Positions 9,877-18,464 of a stretch of DNA of 64,000 nucleotides are shown piece after piece. Positions within the stretch are counted from its first letter, which is position 1. Every line of letters starts with the position of its first letter. Origin of the DNA: an uncultured Gammaproteobacteria bacterium (GTDB lineage: Bacteria; Patescibacteriota; Microgenomatia; UBA10105; UBA927); assembly GCA_964449585.1 (NCBI GenBank), contig CAYUZE010000005.1, positions 46,596-110,595 of the forward strand. Direction: 5' to 3'. The notes below the pieces were generated by a model. It was not told the DNA's origin and did no database searches. It saw only the letters and a list, made by a program, of their open reading frames with translations. Both the position numbers and the translations under genes were made by a program.

Positions 9877-10266
9877 TTAAAGCATTGCTCTCATAAGCAT
9901 GCCTACGGAACGCACAAAGTCATCTAACTTCTCATAGTCTTTATTTACCACCTTCGTAATACCCCTATCTCGAAGTTGCTGATTGTAAGCAGGCATAGAG
10001 GATATTCCAATCACCTTATCTGTCCCAATTTTCTCTAGGTTAATTGTGTGAAAGGAGCCTCCCGCTTTGCAATCGCGGTCTAGGAGCACGATGTCCCAAG
10101 TAATTGATTCGGTTCTATTTACATAGTCTTCTACTTGGGAGTATTCGGAGAGGACGGTAGTAGCTATCTCCACATTACATTCATCCTCAAGAGTACGGAG
10201 AGCCTCCATAAGTTTCGAGAGCGTAGCTAAGTCATCTTCAAGGATAAGTACCCGACAGGTTTTCAT
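9877..10266 (-). CDS. Stand-alone receiver-domain (CheY-like) protein
   Basis: VLILEDD, DIVLLD (phospho-Asp position), IGISS, VVNK. Confidence 0.7.
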   Translation of the reverse strand: MKTCRVLILEDDLATLSKLMEALRTLEDECNVEIATTVLSEYSQVEDYVNRTESITWDIVLLDRDCKAGGSFHTINLEKIGTDKVIGISSMPAYNQQLRDRGITKVVNKDYEKLDDFVRSVGMLMRAML

Positions 10267-10671
10267 ATGCCTAGATTGAAGTATAAACGATTCTTAATAG
10301 ATGGGGGGCTGGACAGGAAAACTATACACATTGATAGCCCGATGAAATGAGTAACCGCGTGCCTTGGTTTGTAAAAATTATAAGGTATTTGAAAAGTGAC
10401 ACATTTCAACTATAGAGCGTCCTGATGCACTAAATACCAGTTGACAGGGTGACAATAGAAATTATTCAATGGGCTTGTCTTAAGGGACTACCGTTAGGGC
10501 TTAGAAGACGTTAAAGAAACGAAGCGATAACGGCGACCGAAGCAAAGCAAACGAAACCTATACAGATAAACAGTTAAGACACCTCAGCCGCACCGGCTAG
10601 GAAAATCTGGCAGGGAGAGTGAAGCCAAGCGAGGGAGATGTATTTCTGAGTTATGGAGGGAGAAAAAAACG

Positions 10672-10863
10672 ATGAAAAAGTTACAAAGTGACACTGTAAG
10701 CACAAAACAGGTGCGAATTGACGCTGAGTGGGTAAATGCTCTGGCTTATCTCCGAGCAGACCTCCACGTGTCAATGAAGAGCCTTGTAGAGGAAGCTCTA
10801 AGCAAGTGCTATGCATTGAATTCAGAAGGGAAACCTTATCGAATTGAGAAAGCGTCAGATTAA
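10672..10863 (+). CDS. Small putative ribbon-helix-helix DNA-binding protein
   Basis: KQVRID strand followed by two helices (SMKSLVEEAL); GGAGG upstream. Confidence 0.55.
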   Translation: MKKLQSDTVSTKQVRIDAEWVNALAYLRADLHVSMKSLVEEALSKCYALNSEGKPYRIEKASD

Positions 10864-10955
10864 AGCTTGGTATCGAACATTTATCATTTCCATTTTCATT
10901 ATGAACATCAATAGCTATTTAACCGTCATAAGCGGAAGAACCAAATTGACCCTGT

Positions 10956-11114
10956 ATGAATTCGATACGTATAAAAAAACGACGCAGTCCGACGATTGTA
11001 TTTCGCTATATGGTGGATGCGGGTGGAGCCACGCCTATCAAACGGATGTATAGCCGTATATTTGAGTTAGCGTATGAGCGAGTTATAGAGCGTAGGAATA
11101 AGATAAGTACTTAA
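10956..11114 (+). CDS. Unannotated 52-aa basic protein directly upstream of recombinase
   Basis: Hand-translated MNSIRIKKRRSPTIVFRYMVDAGGATPIKRMYSRIFELAYERVIERRNKIST*; ends 26 nt before the recombinase ATG. Confidence 0.55.
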   Translation: MNSIRIKKRRSPTIVFRYMVDAGGATPIKRMYSRIFELAYERVIERRNKIST

Positions 11115-11140
11115 CAAAGTATAATGGAATAAGGGAAAAT

Positions 11141-12799
11141 ATGGGTGAACCATTCCAACCAACTAGTAGTGATAAAGTTCCACGAAAAGCAGCAATATAC
11201 GCTCGTGTTTCTACTGAAAATCAGGAGAAGCAACAAACAATAGACTCTCAGATTGATGAGGTCAAAAGGCGAATAGAGGTAGATGGAAACACCTTGACCG
11301 AGGAGAATATCTATATTGATGAAGGCTGGTCAGGGATGCTTTTGGCAAGACCTGCGTTAGACCAGTTACGTGATGCCGTTTCATCTAAGCGGTTCGATAT
11401 GGTGTACGTATATGACCTCGGGAGGCTATCGAGAGATTTTACCAACCAGCTTGTATTAATTAAGGAGATTGAAGATTCGGGGGTAAAGGTTGTTTCTTTG
11501 CATGACATTAACCCAGAAAACGATGAGCAAGGGTTTATAAGAAATATCTTGGGTAGCTTCCATGAGTATGAAAGAGTCAAAATCGCCGACCGCATGCGCA
11601 GAGGCAAACTTTATAAAGCAAGAAATGGCAACATTATCAACGGAAATGCGATTTATGGCTACTCGTATATTAAGAAAAGCGGCGATATACCCGCATCATG
11701 GGTAATAAACGAGCAAGAGGCAAAAGTCGTAAGGATGATATGGCAATGGGTAGGGGAGGAAGGAGAGTCAATTCGGGGTGTTATAAAAAGGCTTTACGAT
11801 ATGGGTATTACTCCTCGCAAACAAAAACGTCCCATTTGGACAAAGGGACCAATTGTACGAATACTCCAATGTAATACATATGTGACCGGCAAAGCCCATT
11901 ACAACAAGTCAGAAGCTACTATCGCAAAACGTCCTAGGAACAGCGACCGATACAAAAAGGTTAAGAGAACGAGTAGAAAAGTGCGACCGGTAGAAGAATG
12001 GATACCATTCGACGTTCCGATAATCATTCAGGATTTGGCGTTATATGAAAAAGTACAGAAAATATTCGAGCTTAACAAGAAATATGCAAATAAGAAAAGT
12101 AAGGGAAAGTATTTATTTACGGGAAGGATATTTTGCCAATGCGGAAGCCGTATGAACGGTGACGGGTGCAATAAATATGGTCACTTCTACTACCGGTGTA
12201 CGAGTAGAATCCACAAATTTCCTCTAGATACGTCTTGTAAGGCTGGTGGTGTGAATGCGAAGCTATTGGATACGTTGCTTTGGAATGCTCTTAAGAAACA
12301 AATTAGCGATAGCGTGCTTCTCCGGCAATATGCGGAGGAATGGCTTGAATCAAAGCAAAAGCATCTCGATATCTCAGAGGAGGTTGAGAGATTGCAAAGC
12401 ACGCTTAACAGCCTTTCTCAGGAAGAAGAGAGATATGCAAAGGCATATGGGGCAGGTTCACTAGATTTAAGTTTATTCACTAACCTTATTAAAAATATAC
12501 GAAGCCAAAAGACCGATGTTCAGGAAAAGATGTGTGGCATCATGGCTACCCATACGAGCGACATATCTCCAGTGGAAGTTGATGAGCTCGTAAAAGAATC
12601 GTTGGAAGTAATTGAAAAGTTAGATTGGGATAACAAAATTGCCACAGTTCGCGATATAATAGAGCGCGTTATTGTCAGAGAACAAACTGGAGTAGAGGTG
12701 TTCGTACATTTACCTATGCCATCTACCCAAAAGTTGGATTATGAACTTGAAAGTAGGCATCGTCGGGCTTCCCAATGCAGGGAAATCCACCTTATTTAA
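11141..12799 (+). CDS. Large serine recombinase (integrase)
   Basis: AAIYARVST catalytic Ser, DLGRLSR, recombinase domain, Zn ribbon (CQCG..YYRC..C), coiled coil; last 13 aa are read from ychF DNA in another frame. Confidence 0.95.
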   Translation: MGEPFQPTSSDKVPRKAAIYARVSTENQEKQQTIDSQIDEVKRRIEVDGNTLTEENIYIDEGWSGMLLARPALDQLRDAVSSKRFDMVYVYDLGRLSRDFTNQLVLIKEIEDSGVKVVSLHDINPENDEQGFIRNILGSFHEYERVKIADRMRRGKLYKARNGNIINGNAIYGYSYIKKSGDIPASWVINEQEAKVVRMIWQWVGEEGESIRGVIKRLYDMGITPRKQKRPIWTKGPIVRILQCNTYVTGKAHYNKSEATIAKRPRNSDRYKKVKRTSRKVRPVEEWIPFDVPIIIQDLALYEKVQKIFELNKKYANKKSKGKYLFTGRIFCQCGSRMNGDGCNKYGHFYYRCTSRIHKFPLDTSCKAGGVNAKLLDTLLWNALKKQISDSVLLRQYAEEWLESKQKHLDISEEVERLQSTLNSLSQEEERYAKAYGAGSLDLSLFTNLIKNIRSQKTDVQEKMCGIMATHTSDISPVEVDELVKESLEVIEKLDWDNKIATVRDIIERVIVREQTGVEVFVHLPMPSTQKLDYELESRHRRASQCREIHLI

Positions 12800-13817
12800 C
12801 GCGCTATTGAAAAAACAGGTGGCGTTTGCCGCAAACTACCCGTTTGCTACCATTGAGCCAAACATCGGGGTCGTGCCCGTACCTGATGAACGGTTGGCAA
12901 AAATTGCCGAAATCACTAAAGAAGAAGATCACCTGGAAAAACTGCCGCCGCTCCGTCCCGCCACCGTGGAGTTTGTTGACATCGCTGGACTGGTGAAGGG
13001 CGCAAGTGAAGGCGAAGGATTGGGAAACAAATTTTTAGCCCACATTCGTGAGGTGAATATTATCTGTAACGTCCTCCGGTTTTTTCCCGACTCGAACATT
13101 GTCCATACCGAAGGGGGAATAGATGCCGAGCGTGACCGTACCATCGTCGAAACGGAGCTCGTGCTCGCCGACCTGCAAACACTTGCCAAACAGCAGGAGC
13201 CCAAAATGAATGCAACGAAGGAAGATCGGGCGCGGTATGAACTCGTTAAACGACTTAAAACCGCCATGGATGCGGGCAAGCGCGCGGGAGAAATCCTTAC
13301 CGATCCCGACGAACGGGAGCTTATCCGCCCGCTCCAACTCTTAACAATGAAGCCGATCGTCTACGTGGGCAACGTCTCCGAATCACAGCTTGCCGTTCCG
13401 CCGCAAACGAATCTTCATCCGATGGTGTTTATATCCGCGCAAACCGAATCTGAACTTGCCGCCATGACGCCCGAGGAACAAAAAGATTATCTTGCATCGC
13501 TCGGAGTTGCCGCGTCGGGACTTGATCTGCTAATCCGCACCGCATACGAAACACTGGGACTTATATCTTTTCTCACGACGGGAGAACTGGAAAGTCGTGC
13601 CTGGACGATCGAAAAGGGCATGAAGGCACCGGCAGCCGCCGGGGTGATTCACACGGATTTCGAAAAGAAGTTTATTAAAGCGGATACCGTGTCGTATGCC
13701 GACTTTGTTGCCTGCGGCGGTTGGAAAAAGGCACGGGAAGCCGGAAAAGCCCGCAGTGAGGGTAAAGAGTACGAGATGCAGGACGGTGACATCGTGGAGT
13801 TTAAAATCGGCAGTTAA
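12741..13817 (+). CDS. ychF: Redox-regulated ribosome-binding ATPase YchF
   Basis: GIVGLPNAGKST, NYPFATIEPN, DIAGLV, GEGLGNKFL, C-terminal TGS domain. Confidence 0.97.
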   Translation: MNLKVGIVGLPNAGKSTLFNALLKKQVAFAANYPFATIEPNIGVVPVPDERLAKIAEITKEEDHLEKLPPLRPATVEFVDIAGLVKGASEGEGLGNKFLAHIREVNIICNVLRFFPDSNIVHTEGGIDAERDRTIVETELVLADLQTLAKQQEPKMNATKEDRARYELVKRLKTAMDAGKRAGEILTDPDERELIRPLQLLTMKPIVYVGNVSESQLAVPPQTNLHPMVFISAQTESELAAMTPEEQKDYLASLGVAASGLDLLIRTAYETLGLISFLTTGELESRAWTIEKGMKAPAAAGVIHTDFEKKFIKADTVSYADFVACGGWKKAREAGKARSEGKEYEMQDGDIVEFKIGS

Positions 13818-13828
13818 TGTAGACTCAT

Positions 13829-14056
13829 ATGACATTTCGCATTGAACGGTTCCCTGACTGTTACTATACCGGTCGTGAAAGGCTATATAAGGCCGGGGAG
13901 GAATTGAAGGTGCGGGTGAGTGCAATGGGTGGCCTTTCCACAAGGGAAGCAACGCTCGAGAGCTTAGCATCCGGCAAAGGGTTCATCGTCGGAGACAGAG
14001 TTATTCGACCGCCAAATTTTATCTGGACGAATTTCGGGTATGCCATTGCAGAATAA
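13829..14056 (+). CDS. Hypothetical protein (75 aa)
   Basis: ORF fills the ychF-rpsF gap. Confidence 0.45.
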   Translation: MTFRIERFPDCYYTGRERLYKAGEELKVRVSAMGGLSTREATLESLASGKGFIVGDRVIRPPNFIWTNFGYAIAE

Positions 14057-14101
14057 AACCCTCATTGAAGATTACGTTCCAATTTGCTATCATTATTGCT
14101 T

Positions 14102-14380
14102 ATGACTACGTACGAACTCATGGTTGTGGTAAATAGCGCCGTCGATTTGACGGGCGATAAAGCGCAAAAAGATTTGGTGGAAAAACTTGTCGGTGCAGGC
14201 GGCACGGTGACGGAAGTGACCTCGCTGGGCAAGAAAACGCTTGCGTATCCGATCAAAAAACAAACGGAAGCAACCTATCTTCTCGCGACAGTAACGGGAT
14301 CAGTGAAATCAGCGGAAATCGACAAGAAATCCAAACTCATGGATGAAGTCTTGCGATTTTTGTTGACGGTAAAAGAGTAA
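14102..14380 (+). CDS. rpsF: 30S ribosomal protein S6
   Basis: YELMVV, GKKTLAYPIKK, VLRFLL; rpsF-ssb-rpsR synteny. Confidence 0.93.
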   Translation: MTTYELMVVVNSAVDLTGDKAQKDLVEKLVGAGGTVTEVTSLGKKTLAYPIKKQTEATYLLATVTGSVKSAEIDKKSKLMDEVLRFLLTVKE

Positions 14381-14400
14381 CGGAAGAGAAAGGGGTATCT

Positions 14401-14889
14401 ATGTCCAGCAGAAGTTTGAACAAGGTAACGCTCATCGGAAACCTTACGAGGGATCCTGAGCTTCGATATACACCGACGGGTGCCGCCGTGTGTACCATCG
14501 GTCTTGCGACCAACAGGACATGGGTAACTGATGCGGGGGAAAAGAAAGAAGAAACCGAATTTCACCGCGTCGTTGCTTGGAATAAGCTTGCCGAACTTTG
14601 CAGTCAGCTGCTCTCCAAAGGCCGCAAAGTCTATGTAGAGGGAAGACTTCGGACTTCCGCCTGGCAGGCACAAGACGGGTCACAGCGGACAAGTACGGAA
14701 ATCGTCATCGAAGACATGATCGTACTTGATTCAAAGCGACCGGGAGAAGAAACGGGAGAATCGCAGGATAAGCCGACAGCAGCACCCGTAGCACCGAAGA
14801 AGAAAGTCGAGAAAAAAGAAGCAAAAGAGGAAGCTCCTTCAGCGCCGTCGGCGGCAGAAGAAGTGAATCCTGACGATATACCGTTTTAA
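14401..14889 (+). CDS. ssb: Single-stranded DNA-binding protein
   Basis: NKVTLIGNLTRDPELRYT, C-terminal DDIPF. Confidence 0.97.
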   Translation: MSSRSLNKVTLIGNLTRDPELRYTPTGAAVCTIGLATNRTWVTDAGEKKEETEFHRVVAWNKLAELCSQLLSKGRKVYVEGRLRTSAWQAQDGSQRTSTEIVIEDMIVLDSKRPGEETGESQDKPTAAPVAPKKKVEKKEAKEEAPSAPSAAEEVNPDDIPF

Positions 14890-14920
14890 CAGATAAAATT
14901 GACAAAGTAACAAAAAACAT

Positions 14921-15166
14921 ATGATGAAACGATCTGGAAAATTTGTACGAAAACTGCGACCGGTTCCGACCAACTGTCCGTTTTGTGCGGCGGGTACGAG
15001 TCCTGATTACAAGGATGCGGCGGCACTTGGCAAATACCTTACCGAACGCGGCAAGCTTCAAGGACGCGCACGGACAGGGCTTTGTGCAAAGCATCAGCGA
15101 CGCGTCGAGCAGGCGATCAAGCGTGCACGGTTAGTCGCGATCTTACCGTTTGTGGTACGAGCCTGA
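14921..15166 (+). CDS. rpsR: 30S ribosomal protein S18 (Zn-binding form)
   Basis: CPFC, DYKD, TGLCAKHQR, AIKRAR..LPF. Confidence 0.96.
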   Translation: MMKRSGKFVRKLRPVPTNCPFCAAGTSPDYKDAAALGKYLTERGKLQGRARTGLCAKHQRRVEQAIKRARLVAILPFVVRA

Positions 15167-15176
15167 TAGATTTTCA

Positions 15177-16466
15177 ATGAAATCCCTGCCATTCTCAAAA
15201 ATACGATCCTTCGTTTTAATTCTCGCGCTCGTCATTCTCTCCGGAGGCGTGGGATATCAGCTGGGTGAGCGCAAAGTCTCCGTGGGATTTTCCGATAAAC
15301 GTCCCGTTATCAATACCGGTGCTCCCAACGGCACCAGCGTCAATTTCGGCGTGTTTTGGGATGTCTGGGGCAAACTTACCCGGTACTATATAGAACCGCA
15401 GACCATTGATGTGGAAAAGCTCGTTAATGGGGCGATAACGGGCATGGTGGCCGCCGTCGGCGACCCATACACTTCCTTCTTCCCCCCGCAGGAAAACAAG
15501 CAGTTTAAAGAAGATTTGGGAGGTGCGTTTGAAGGCATCGGTGCGGAGCTGGGACTGAAGGACGGTCGCGTCATTATTGTTTCGCCGCTCAAGGGTACCC
15601 CTGCGGAGGCCGCGGGAGTCAAACCTAACGATATTATCCTCAAGGTGAATGATGAAGAAACCGCAGGATGGACGGTAGAACAGGCGGTGAACAAAATTCG
15701 GGGACCGAAGGGAACCAAAGTAACACTCACGCTCCTTAGCCCTATTGATGCGTCGGGTCCGCGGGATGTCAGCATCGTACGCAACACAATCACCGTGCCT
15801 TCCGTTACTTCCTGGATCAAACCGGTACGTGAAATCACCGAAATTTCCGCTGCCACTGAAGCGGCACAACTTAAATCCCGCTCCTCGGATGACCGTGTTG
15901 CTTACATCAAGCTGACCCGATTCGGGGACAACACCAATGCCGATTGGAACAAAGCCGTGGATGCGATTCTTGCCGCAGACAAAGCCAACAAACTCGGCGG
16001 TCTGATTTTGGACCTGCGAAACAATCCGGGAGGCTATCTGGACGGCGCGGTGTACATCGCCAGCGAATTTATGAAAGGCGGCACCGTGGTATCACAGGTT
16101 AACAGTGATGGAACCCGACAGGATTACCCGACGGATCGAAGGGGAAGATTGACCGGCATGTCGATTGTCGTACTGGTCAATAACGGTTCCGCATCGGCAT
16201 CGGAAATTGTTGCCGGAGCACTTCGGGACAGTAAGCGGGCAAAGCTGGTCGGACAAACGACATTCGGCAAAGGCACCGTGCAAACGCCGTTTGATCTTTC
16301 GGGCGGCTCAAGCGTGCATATCACGACCGGCAAGTGGTTGTTGCCCGGCGGCAGTTCAATCAGTCAAAAAGGGCTTACGCCTGATCTTACGGTTGCGCTT
16401 GATCCTGCAGTGTCCGCGACCGCGGATGCGCAACTTGCCCGTGCGATTGAACTCCTTCTTCAGTAA
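15177..16466 (+). CDS. S41 carboxyl-terminal processing protease (CtpA/Prc)
   Basis: DPYT, PDZ (GIGA), DLRNNPGG, SASASEI, TFGKG. Confidence 0.95.
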   Translation: MKSLPFSKIRSFVLILALVILSGGVGYQLGERKVSVGFSDKRPVINTGAPNGTSVNFGVFWDVWGKLTRYYIEPQTIDVEKLVNGAITGMVAAVGDPYTSFFPPQENKQFKEDLGGAFEGIGAELGLKDGRVIIVSPLKGTPAEAAGVKPNDIILKVNDEETAGWTVEQAVNKIRGPKGTKVTLTLLSPIDASGPRDVSIVRNTITVPSVTSWIKPVREITEISAATEAAQLKSRSSDDRVAYIKLTRFGDNTNADWNKAVDAILAADKANKLGGLILDLRNNPGGYLDGAVYIASEFMKGGTVVSQVNSDGTRQDYPTDRRGRLTGMSIVVLVNNGSASASEIVAGALRDSKRAKLVGQTTFGKGTVQTPFDLSGGSSVHITTGKWLLPGGSSISQKGLTPDLTVALDPAVSATADAQLARAIELLLQ

Positions 16467-16511
16467 TTTTTCGGTTTTGCGATGTATGGTTTGTTGTGTA
16501 TACTAAGTGGT

Positions 16512-17663
16512 ATGAAACAGCAAAAAATACTTCTTCTGAGTGCTCTTTTCCTGTTGATTACGGGCGGCATCGTATCGGCCGGTTTTTTGGGACTGAATTG
16601 GCAACAGGTAAACAAGGTGTTTAAATTACCGTTGGGAACCAGCGCTCCATCACAAACCTTTTCCGATCGCATAAAAGTGGTAGAGGAAGAAAATGTTATT
16701 ACCGATGTGGTGGAGCGAGTTTCACCCTCTGTCGTTACGGTAGGTATATCACAGACAAGAGCGGTAGGGGATATTTTCGATTTTAATCCCTTTGACCCAT
16801 CGGAAACTGCGCCCCGCAGGCGCACGATCGAACAGGATATCGGCAGCGGCTTTGTGATCTCTTCTGACGGGCTTATTGTGACCAACAAACACGTGGTGAG
16901 TATGAGTAATGCGAAATACCGCGTAATCACCAAAGACGACAAATCCTATGATGTGGTCAAAATCTATCGTGATCCCGATAACGATTTGGCTATCGTCAAA
17001 ATAAACGCTACGGGGCTAACCCCCCTAGAAATGGGCGACTCGGATAAACTGAAGGTGGGACAAATGGCGATTGCCATCGGTACCGCATTGGGTGAGTTTC
17101 GGAACACGGTAACGGTGGGCGTTATTTCTGGCGTGGGGCGCGGCATTACGGCGGGTGAGCCGTTTGGCGGCAGCGCGGAAAAACTTGATAACGTCATTCA
17201 AACCGATGCGGCAATCAATCCCGGTAACTCGGGAGGACCGCTCCTTAACTCTGCAGGTCAGGTAATAGGCGTCAACACCGCCGTTTCCGCCGAGGGGCAG
17301 GGCATCGGATTTGCGCTTCCCATTAATGTCGTTAAGGATGCAGTGGCGAACTTCAATACCACGGGACAATTTAACCGTCCGTTTATGGGAGTTGAGTACC
17401 GTATGGTGACGCGCCAAATCGCCGTATTAAACGAGATTCCCGAGGGGGCATACATCATGGCGATCGTATCGGGAAGCCCTGCTGATGACGCAAACATCGA
17501 AGAAGGGGATATCATTACCAAAATAGCGGGGGAAAAGGTCACGGAGAGTAATGATCTTGCCCGCATCATCGGCAAGAAAAAAGTAGGGGACAAACTCACC
17601 ATCACCGTATGGCGTAACGAAGAGGAAACGGATCTTACGCTTACCCTGGGAACGCAGGAATAA
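16512..17663 (+). CDS. HtrA/DegP-like serine protease with PDZ
   Basis: GSGF, TNKHVV, QTDAAINPGNSGGPL, C-terminal PDZ. Confidence 0.95.
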   Translation: MKQQKILLLSALFLLITGGIVSAGFLGLNWQQVNKVFKLPLGTSAPSQTFSDRIKVVEEENVITDVVERVSPSVVTVGISQTRAVGDIFDFNPFDPSETAPRRRTIEQDIGSGFVISSDGLIVTNKHVVSMSNAKYRVITKDDKSYDVVKIYRDPDNDLAIVKINATGLTPLEMGDSDKLKVGQMAIAIGTALGEFRNTVTVGVISGVGRGITAGEPFGGSAEKLDNVIQTDAAINPGNSGGPLLNSAGQVIGVNTAVSAEGQGIGFALPINVVKDAVANFNTTGQFNRPFMGVEYRMVTRQIAVLNEIPEGAYIMAIVSGSPADDANIEEGDIITKIAGEKVTESNDLARIIGKKKVGDKLTITVWRNEEETDLTLTLGTQE

Positions 17664-17683
17664 GAAGAAGCGATAAGGGTGTT

Positions 17684-18382
17684 TTATGCCGGGGTAGCCA
17701 GCATTGCCTCGGTTATCTTTGTCATTTTTCCTTCGATGATATCTTCAAGATTGTGCCAGCTTTTGTTTATGCGGTGATCGGTAACCCGATTTTGGGGGAA
17801 ATTATAGGTACGGATTTTTTCACTCCGCATCCCGCGTCCGATGATGGAACGTTGTTCACTCATGGACTGTTCTCTGGCCAAAAGCTCCCGTTCCCACAAT
17901 CGTGCGCGCAACATGGACATGGCTACCTGCCTGTTTTGGTACTGGTCACGTTCATTTTGGCACTGTACGACGATCCCGGTGGGCTTATGTCGCAGGCGTA
18001 CCGCCGAACTTACTTTGTTCACATTCTGTCCGCCTTTGCCGCCTGCGCGATAAAATTCCCATTCCACATCCTCGGGTTTGATATATACTTCGTTTTCGGG
18101 AATTTCAGGTAATACCGCAACCGTCGCGGTGGAGGTGTGAATTCTGCCGTGCCGTTCGGTGGATGGTATCCGCTGGACACGATGGGTACCCGCCTCATAT
18201 TGCAGTTTGGTAAAAGCCGCGGCACCGCGGATACGCACGGCAAAATCATCGAGCTGTTCGGTTTTCCAGCCGACGATTGCCGCATAACGGACGTACATGC
18301 GGAGCAAATCAGCCGCCCACAGTTTGGCTTCTTCGCCTCCCGGGCCCGCACGAAACTCCATGATGGCTATATCGGTGTTCAT
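17684..18382 (-). CDS. prfA: Peptide chain release factor 1, lacking N-terminal domain 1
   Basis: [10 protein letters not shown] (PxT), GGQ, EKIRTYN; follows rpmE; only 232 aa. Confidence 0.88.
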   Translation of the reverse strand: MNTDIAIMEFRAGPGGEEAKLWAADLLRMYVRYAAIVGWKTEQLDDFAVRIRGAAAFTKLQYEAGTHRVQRIPSTERHGRIHTSTATVAVLPEIPENEVYIKPEDVEWEFYRAGGKGGQNVNKVSSAVRLRHKPTGIVVQCQNERDQYQNRQVAMSMLRARLWERELLAREQSMSEQRSIIGRGMRSEKIRTYNFPQNRVTDHRINKSWHNLEDIIEGKMTKITEAMLATPA

Positions 18383-18464
18383 AGTGAAAGACGTCGAAAA
18401 TCGTTACATGTCTACGTCGAAAAATTGCACACGAGAAACGTGGGAACAAGCGCGGTGCGTGTTC

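Larger units (their letters stand above)
6613..12757. mobile_element. Integrative element (6135 bp) inserted in the 5' end of ychF by a large serine recombinase
   Basis: Direct repeat TGAAAGTAGG at 6613-6622 and 12748-12757; visibly AT-richer than flanks; recombinase at right end; the rebuilt attP has inverted arms AGTTGGA/TCCAACT centred on the GG dinucleotide. Confidence 0.92.

Noticed and set aside
10844-11053. 69-aa ORF from the track
   Set aside because: TTG start and overlaps both the RHH-like gene and the more plausible 52-aa ATG ORF.
11084-11093. Extra TATAGAGCGT copy before the recombinase (also TTTGGAGCGT near 40485)
   Set aside because: Half-site only and inside coding sequence; may be chance, so not counted as evidence.
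6613-12757. Prophage or conjugative element
   Set aside because: No structural, terminase, relaxase, T4SS or Rep genes; only 6.1 kb.
17684-18382. Programmed frameshift (prfB-type) supplying the missing N-terminus
   Set aside because: The motif is RF1-type, there is no CTT-TGA site, and the upstream 82 bp abut rpmE.
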